From contig JAPPCZ010000023.1 of the NCBI GenBank assembly GCA_028824685.1, forward strand, positions 257-64,256: a stretch of 64,000 nucleotides of DNA. Direction: 5' to 3'. Each line of letters begins with the position of its first letter. Position 1 is the first letter of the stretch. The notes beneath the pieces are model-generated. The model made no database searches. It worked only from the letters and a program-made list of their open reading frames with translations, and had not been told where the DNA came from. Below are positions 58,439 through 64,000 of the stretch, in pieces. The position numbers and the translations under genes were made by a program. The DNA comes from Candidatus Poribacteria bacterium. Its GTDB lineage: Bacteria > Poribacteria > WGA-4E > WGA-3G.

Positions 58439-59971
58439 TCAATTTTCCTCTATAGAGAGCGTCGCTTGAAAAGCGTTGATGCTTCCCTTTTCGTTAGATC
58501 CCCATCCCATGCCAACCAGTTTATAGATTTGTCCATGTTCAAAACGATGTGTCATCTGACCAATTTCGCATGGATCATACCAGCCTACGTCGTATGCACT
58601 ATCAAACATGGTAGCATCTGGTCGTTTGTTAACTGCATCAAAGGAAAGTTTATGTTCTGCATTAAGCAGAAAGAATGAACCATACGCTTTATCGTTTCCC
58701 AATTCCATATCAATAGTGAATGTTCCACCGTTTTCAAACGCAGTCGTATCAATCACGACAACGGTGTAATCCTGATGCCCATATTCTGGCGTGCGAAAAA
58801 CATCTAATACTGTTTGTGAAGGCTGATCAGGGGTAAGAACAATATTTCCTAATCCAGGAAGTTTTCCTGCTAAGGAATCTTTGAGAAACAACAGGTAATT
58901 TTCACTTTCCAAAGTTCCGTCCTCACGTCTGTTGTCTCCCAGATAATCATTGACTGAGACATGTCCTATAGTCTCAAGTTCTGGAGTAATTATCCATGTA
59001 TCTACTGGACCTCTTCGCCATTTATTACTGATGATTGTATGTGCTAAAGGTGGTATTTGCTCTACCTCTATGGTTTCATGCAAGCGTTTCAACTCAACAC
59101 TACGTATCCATGTGTTAATATAATTATCATTTAGTAAATTTATAATTCGTTCGTCGGAGAGGACACCTGCCCTCATGTTTTTCCCGCTTCCTCAGCACGC
59201 TTCATCGTCAAGAGGACCAGCAATTGAAATAGCATGGATCGGTTTCTGCTCTGCTTGTGCTATTTCATAAGCTTCTTCAAAAGGTAACCATTCAATTCGC
59301 TGTGATTTGTAGAATTTCTGTATAAGTATATGTTCCGCTTTTTCCCGTGTAATGCACGCTGTGTACTCTGTATCTTTCAGGACATCTCGCGTCCCACCGT
59401 AGAGTTCAATTTTCGGGCAAACACCACCACCTGTACTATAACCGGATTCATCTTTATGTTTTTTCCAGTTGACATCAAACCAATTTTTATCAGGAACGTG
59501 CTGTTGAAAATAAACAACATCTTCATTAATTCGGTCAATAATGAGATCCCCCGCAAAGTGAGAAGGAGTAAACCAACCGTCTTTTAGTGCAAATTCTGCG
59601 TGGATACGAAACACGATATGAGCATGTTGATCATTATATGCAAGTAAGCATGCCCACAATCCAGAGGAATCTCCAATATCAATATGCATATCCAGATTGG
59701 GATTAGGATTTAGTTGTCGTAGTAGCTCCAATGCACCAGTTTCTTCAACCTGCCAACATTCTCCAACAGCAACAGGATTATTAGGGAGAAAGGCATGGAA
59801 AACTGATGAGAAATACTCCTTTTCTGGTTCGTGAATACGCAAATTCGCCAAGGCATCCCACTCTTCGTGGAAGTTAGGACTCATGTCCTCAATCGGCGCG
59901 ATGACACCTTTGACATTCACTTTTTCATTACTAATCAGATTAAGTGTGATTTTGTTTCCTACGGTTTTCAT
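58439..59971 (-). CDS. cassette 3: A domain (59192..59971) joined in frame through TGA (59192-59194) to B domain (58439..59176)
   Basis: The mRNA junction reads ...DDEAC UGA GSGKN M RAGVLS... This is the only copy with an ATG at the B-domain position. Confidence 0.4.
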
Positions 59972-59972
59972 T

Positions 59973-61535
59973 TTAGTTCTCCTCTACAGAAATTTTTGCC
60001 TTAAAAGCATTGGTGCTGCCTTTCTCACTCCTACCGTAACACCCGGTAGCACCCAACTTAAAAAACTGACCTCGGTCAAAACGATGCGTGAGTTGCCCTG
60101 TCTCATCGGGTTCCAACCACTTCATCGCAAGTACCATGTGTTTAGTCACTCTTTCTGTTGTAGGGAGGTCGTCGTCACCATCAACCAAATAGAAGTGACC
60201 TTCCGCATCGGCTCTACCGGTTTCAATATCAATAGTTAGCGTGCCACCATTTTCAAACACCCTTGTGTCAATTACAACGACTGTGTAATCCTTATAACCA
60301 ACCGTCGGTGTTCGGAAAACATCCATGACCTCCTGAGAAGACATCTCACTGTTGAAAATAATATTACCCAACCCGGGCTGCTTCCCTTCCAAGCACTCCT
60401 TGAGAAACATAAGGTAACTCTCCTCGTCTCGGAGTTTAAATTTATTCCAATTGTAGTCGAAGAATTCATTGACAAGCAGCCTGCCCATCAATTCAAACTC
60501 TGGTGATATGACGAAACAATCCACAGGCGAACCTTTTTTCGATCCGGTCTTCCACCCCTTTATGATTGCTTGTGCCAATGGATGGCTTGTGTCAAATGTC
60601 TTGCCTTCACGTTCGCGTCTTTTGGCAATCGGTTCTCGCAAACTCTGGATACGCCCTAATTCGGCATCTGCTATCCAAGTGTTGATAAAGTTTTCGTTCA
60701 GGAATTCAATGTTTTGGTCGTCAGAGAGCGCACCTGCTCTCAGGCTTTTGCCACTCCCTCAGCACGACTCGTCCGCAAGCGGTCCACCTGATGAAATGGC
60801 GTGAATTGGTTTTTGTAATGCGGATGCCAATTCCAACGCTTCCTCCAGCGGGACCCAGTTAATTTGCGCTGACTTGTAAAAACATAACATTAATGTGTGC
60901 AATGCTTCCTCTTGGGTTATTGCTTCCGTGAATTTGGCATCTTGCAAAACATCTTGTTCACCTGCACAGAGTTCCATTTGCGGACAAAAACCGATGTCCG
61001 CTCCGCAGAGTCCATCTCTAATTTTCCAACGTGCATCAAAGTTCAGTGTGGCATCCGGAACGTGCATCTTGAAGGAGGCAACTTTCTTTTCGTGCTGGTC
61101 GATAACCAAATGTCCAGCAAACTGCGATGGCGCAAACCAACCTCTTTCTAAAACGAATTCCGCATGGACACGGAACAGGATCTCAGCAAACGCATCATTG
61201 TAGGCGCGTAGACATGCCCACAAACCGAAAGAATCCGCTCCAGCAACGTCCAACTCCAATTGCGGGTTTGGATTGAGTTGTCGCAGCAGCGTTAATGCGC
61301 CTTCTTCTTGAATTTGCCAGCATTCACCCACAGAAACCGATTCCGATGGCAGAAATGCTTGAAAAATGGAGGTAGGATATTGCTTCTCTGGCTCAGCAGC
61401 CCGAAAGTTCGCTAATTCGTCCCAGTCCACGTGGTAGTTGCGTTGGGTGTATTCAATCGGTGCGATGAACCCTTTGACTGAGACTTCTGCATCACTGTCA
61501 AGATTAAGCGTGATTTTATCTGATAAAGTCCTCAT
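59973..61535 (-). CDS. cassette 4: A domain (60759..61535) joined in frame through TGA (60759-60761) to B domain (reading frame open from 60758 through the tool ORF 59973..60641)
   Basis: The mRNA junction reads ...ADESC UGA GSGKS L(CTG) RAGALSDDQNIEFLNENFINTW... There is no ATG, GTG or TTG at the expected B N-terminus, only CTG. The tool ORF therefore starts 39 codons later at an internal TTG. Confidence 0.4.
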
Positions 61536-61536
61536 T

Positions 61537-63543
61537 TTAATGCTCCTCTACAGAAATTTTTGCGTGAAAGGCATTTATACGTCCCTTCTCACCGTACCAG
61601 TCGCCTGTGGCTCCAAACTTAAAGACTTTGCCTCCTGCGAAACGATGTCTAATTTTTCCTGCTTTACCGGGTCTAATTCCGGACACAGAGCTGATCGCTT
61701 CAGTCGGATAACCTTCTGTTGGCGGTTCGGTATCGTCCCTAAAGAGGTCAAACGAACCTGAAGTGTCACCACTCCCAACATGGATATCAATAATTAACGT
61801 CCCACTGTTTTCAAAAGCTGTTGTATCAATATTGACAACCGTGTAATCCTGATAACCGGGGCCGGGTGCCCGAAAAGCGGCTAATATCTCCTGTGAGGGA
61901 TGTGCCTTGTCCAGTACGACATCTGGCGTGTCCTCATTCGATTCAAGACGTTTTTCTTCCAAAGGTTCCGTTTGATTCTCCACTACAGTAATTTTTGCGC
62001 GAAAAGCGTTGATACATGGTTCGTTTCTCGCCCAATGTCCGGTGGCACCCAACTTAAAAAATTGACCTTGATCAAAACGATGTATGATTTGACGGGTGTC
62101 ACCGGGTTCTCCCCATGTCCAAGTAAGCATGCCTTTTGGAATCTCTTCTGTTGTGGAGAGTTCGTTATCGCCATCAAACAGATAGAACCCTACTTCCCCC
62201 TCTTCCCTACCGATTTCAAGATCAATGATGAGTGTGCCTCCGTTTTCAAACGCGGTGGCATCAATCACAACTACGGTATAATCCTGATGATTTCCAGCCG
62301 TTGGTGTCCGGAAAAGATCCAACACAAACTGCGATGGCTGCTCAGCAGTAAGAACAATGTTCCCCAATCCAGGTGCTTTCCCTTCCAAGGCTTCCTCAAG
62401 AAATGCAAGATAGTACTCTTGTCTCCAGAGGCCGCTACGTTTACTGTCTTTGCTGAGGTCGTTGACCAATAGTCTACCCATCAGTTCAAATTCGGAGGAT
62501 ATAACCAAACAATCTACCGGTGAGCCTTTTTTGGATCCGGTTTTCCCACCTTTAATAATAGCTTGTGCTAAGGAGTGCGATGTGTCAAAGTGCTTACCTT
62601 CGCGTTCGCGTCTTTTGGCAATCGGTTCCCGTAAGCTATGAATACGTCCTAATTCACAGTTGGGTACCCATGTGTTGATGAAATGTTCGTTCAAAAATTC
62701 AATAATTGTGTCTCTTGAGAGGACACCTGCCCTCAGGCTTTTGCCACTCCCTCAGCAGGATTCGTCCAAGAGCGGCCCATCTATTGAGATCGCATGGATC
62801 GGTTTCTGTTGTATCGGTGCTATCTCCAACGCTTCTTCAAGCGATATCCAGTTAATGTGCTGCGATTTGTAGAAGCAAAGCGTCAACTGGTGCTCCACCT
62901 CTTCTTGCGTAATGGATTCAACGAATTCAGTGTCTCGCACGATGTCTTCTATCCCGGCGCGGAGTTCCATTTGCGGGCAGAAACCGCTATCCGTAATATG
63001 CCCTTCCTCGTCTGGATCCTTCTGCCACCAAGTGTCAAAATTTATGATGCCGTTAGGAACGTACATCTGAAAGAAGGCAACCGATTTTTTAATTCTATCA
63101 ATAACAAGATGTCCCGTAAACTGGGAAGGCGTGAACCAACCGTCCTTTAGATCAAATTGCGCGTGGATACGGAACACAATGTCAGCGAATTCAGCGTCGT
63201 AGCCGCGGAGGCATGCCCACAGGCCTTGAGATTCGTTTTTATGGGTCAGATCCCAACGCATACCCAGAGATGGATTCGGATGAAGCTGCTTCAGCAATTC
63301 CAGAGCACCGGCGTGCTCAATCTCCCAAGGTGTACCCACGGAGACAGCTTCCTTCGGAAGAAAATCGCAGAAAATTGAAACGGGATACTGTTTTTCTGGT
63401 TCAGCAACCCGAAAGTTCGCCAATGTATCCCAGTCCACGTGAAAGTTGCTTCCGGAATACGCAATCGGTGCGATGCAGCCTGTGACAGACACTTCTGCAT
63501 CACTGTCAAGATTAAGCGTGATTTTATCTGATAAAATACTCAT
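61537..63543 (-). CDS. cassette 5: A domain (62752..63543) joined in frame through TGA (62752-62754) to a B domain carrying an extra partial B-domain duplication (reading frame open from 62751 through the tool ORF 61537..62694)
   Basis: The mRNA junction reads ...LDESC UGA GSGKS L(CTG) RAGVLSRDTIIEFLNEHFINTW... The B portion (385 aa) contains a second, N-truncated B-like module (...TAFENSGTLIIDIHVG...NAFHAKISVEEH). Confidence 0.4.
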
Positions 63544-63721
63544 TTTAATTCTCCTCTACAGAAATTTTATTCGCTTATACACATTTTCGGATGCAGTTTT
63601 GCGAATTATTGTGGAGAAATAAAATGAGTTCTAAAGATAGACACTGATTGATCGGACATAACTACATAAAAACAGGGTATCCAATAACGCTGAAGTAGTT
63701 TGAAACGGGCAGACTTTGTGT

Positions 63722-64000
63722 CTATAAGCGATTTTGGTTTTCATACGCAGCAATGTCCGTTTCATACTGCAAAGTCCAACCAATTTCATCAAGACCATTT
63801 AGCAAACAATACTTTTCAAAATCACCAATTTCATAGGTGTGTGCAGTGCCATCAGGACAGATAACCGCTTGCTCTTCTAAATCTACCATCAGTCGATATC
63901 CTTCGGTGTCGTGTGCTTCTTGACTAAGCGATGCGATAACGTCGGCAGGTAAGGCGATAGGTAGGATACCGTTCTTATAACAATTGTTACGAAAGATGTC
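63722..64000 (-). CDS. leuD: 3-isopropylmalate dehydratase small subunit, C-terminal part (5' end lies beyond the window)
   Basis: The minus-strand translation ...GYRLMVDLEEQAVICPDGTAHTYEIGDFEKYCLLNGLDEIGWTLQYETDIAAYENQNRL* matches the LeuD C-terminus (NGLD.IGLTLQ...I..YE). Confidence 0.6.
   Translation of the reverse strand, partial: DIFRNNCYKNGILPIALPADVIASLSQEAHDTEGYRLMVDLEEQAVICPDGTAHTYEIGDFEKYCLLNGLDEIGWTLQYETDIAAYENQNRL

Noticed and set aside
55246-63543. Interpreting the A/B array as polymorphic toxin–immunity cassettes or as simply translationally coupled gene pairs
   Set aside because: This was considered. The invariant in-frame TGA, the conserved post-TGA linker, the absence of a usable start codon in two B copies and the covarying downstream hairpin favour recoding into one polypeptide. 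Reinitiation remains a formal alternative.

Overview
This 64-kb window looks bacterial and comes from an accessory-rich, moderately AT-rich region. The domain repertoire points to the Planctomycetes–Verrucomicrobia group or a Poribacteria-like candidate phylum, but I cannot verify the taxon from sequence alone. It includes PSCyt/DUF1549/DUF1553/DUF1501 genes, many secreted β-propeller proteins (WD40, YWTD/LDL-receptor class B, PD40, Reg_prop), LamG/concanavalin-like proteins, a BlaI/BlaR1 pair, and a GspG-like pseudopilin. Housekeeping and metabolic genes are present too: aldehyde dehydrogenase, Gfo/Idh/MocA oxidoreductase, two enolase-superfamily enzymes, an ornithine cyclodeaminase-like gene, a HAD hydrolase, an AIM24/TIGR00266 protein, and a partial leuD at the 3' edge. 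Two palindromic MITE-like repeat families fill the intergenic regions. There is also a HicAB module with a frameshifted hicA, and a small AT-rich restriction-modification island.

Two things stand out as possibly undescribed:
1. **Tandem A–B array (55246..63543, minus strand).** Five tightly packed copies of a two-ORF cassette. In every copy the A ORF ends in ...DESC followed by TGA, and the B ORF continues in the same frame after a conserved G-S-G-K-x linker. The apparent B 'start' codons at the equivalent position are TTG, TTG, ATG, CTG and CTG. A hairpin with compensatory base changes and an AGGU-type loop sits about 18–36 nt downstream of each TGA, resembling a bacterial SECIS. This fits a novel family of roughly 520-aa selenoproteins with a Cys-Sec-Gly (CUG) redox motif that have been mis-called as ORF pairs.
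2. **Shared C-terminal tail.** A short peptide (K-L-T-T-T-W-[G/A]-x-[L/V]-K-[K/R/S]) ends at least seven otherwise unrelated signal-peptide-bearing proteins (LamG, YWTD and PD40 types). It is conserved at the amino-acid level with synonymous codon variation, which suggests a new C-terminal sorting or processing signal. A neighbouring propeller protein carries a classical T9SS-type C-terminal domain instead.
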